Below, piece after piece: positions 47,650 to 48,341 of a DNA stretch of 48,341 bases (positions are counted from its first letter, which is position 1; the number at the start of each line of letters is the position of its first letter). The notes below the pieces were generated by a model. It searched no databases. It was not told the DNA's origin and worked only from the letters and a program-made list of their open reading frames with translations. A program made the translations under genes and the position numbers. The stretch is from Octopus bimaculoides (lineage: Eukaryota): assembly GCF_001194135.2 (NCBI RefSeq), contig NC_069010.1, positions 9,200,055-9,248,395 on the forward strand. The letters are read 5' to 3'.

Positions 47650-48190
47650 CACACACACGCTTTGAAGTCTGTTGCCATGGCGAAGTCAAACCGGTCGGTG
47701 CCTGTGCACCTGAAGGAGAGAGAAAGAATTGGTGTGTTTGAGACAAGCGTCTAAGGTAAAAAAAGACAAAAATGGGAAAGTGGAAGAGGGAGACAAAGTG
47801 TCTGAGGAAACTGTCTTCAGCACACACACACTTTGAAGTTTGGTTGCCATGGCGAAAAGTCAAATCGGTGCCGAACGCACGTGAGGGAGAGGGGGAGAGA
47901 GAGAGAGAGAGAGAGAAAGCGTCTGAGGACAAAAATTTTCTCTGACCAAGACAGAGTTTGCCAGGCGTCTTAGAACAAAAAAATTGGAAATGGAAGGGGG
48001 AGGCAGAAAGCGTATAAGGAATGGAAAGGTTTTGAAGTTTGGTTGCCATGGCGAAAAGTCAAAGCTGTGCCGAACGCACGTGAGGGAGAGAGAGAAAGGA
48101 AGAAAGAAAGAAAGAAATATACAGAGTGTTTGGCAAGCGTCTAAGGAAAAGTGGAAAAGTGGAAGAGGGAGGCAGAAAGTGTATTAGGAA
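47650..48190. repeat. Three degenerate tandem units of about 170-200 bp
   Basis: Core tttgaagtt(t/c)ggttgccatggcgaa(aa)gtcaaa...gtgccgaacgcacgtgagggagag near 47661, 47832 and 48031. Confidence 0.85.
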
Positions 48191-48341
48191 TGAAAATGTA
48201 GGTCAGGAAGTATTAAGAGGTTTTTGAAAGACATTATTATATTCGATAATGAGATTATATATACTTTCTCACACAACAATTAAAATATATCCTTATATAT
48301 ATAAGAGAAGATATTTGTATACGTGAATGGACTTTATGCAC

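Noticed and set aside
767-48187. Most ORFs in the six-frame track (poly-[13 protein letters not shown], poly-S/P/H)
   Set aside because: They are translations of (AT)n, (GT)n, (CAT)n, (AAT)n and (CCA)n microsatellites or run through N gaps. Only the parts overlapping NF1 exons or transposon remnants are meaningful.

Overview
Repeat-rich, AT-rich animal genomic DNA. The SINE, microsatellite and LINE repertoire looks like an Octopus (cephalopod) draft assembly with several N gaps; the species call is an inference from remembered repeat families. The window holds the middle of a + strand neurofibromin (NF1) gene, equivalent to about human aa 219-1526 (N-HEAT/CSRD/tubulin-binding region through the Ras GAP-related domain, GRD). 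I traced 28 GT-AG exons with consistent phases by hand. One further expected exon is absent and probably lies in the N gap at 12987-13202. Main discovery: the GRD segment carrying the FLRFxNPA motif is encoded by two tandem paralogous exons, 36314-36438 (A) and 40456-40592 (B). Both are phase 2 to phase 1, so exactly one must be used, which points to mutually exclusive splicing of the RasGAP catalytic region. This is the same segment that vertebrates modulate with exon 23a. The introns contain tRNA-derived SINEs, RTE and RLE-type LINE remnants, mariner and piggyBac-like elements (one mariner interrupted by an RTE), two long fold-back elements and several minisatellites. Comparisons with human and Drosophila NF1 are from memory and were not computed.
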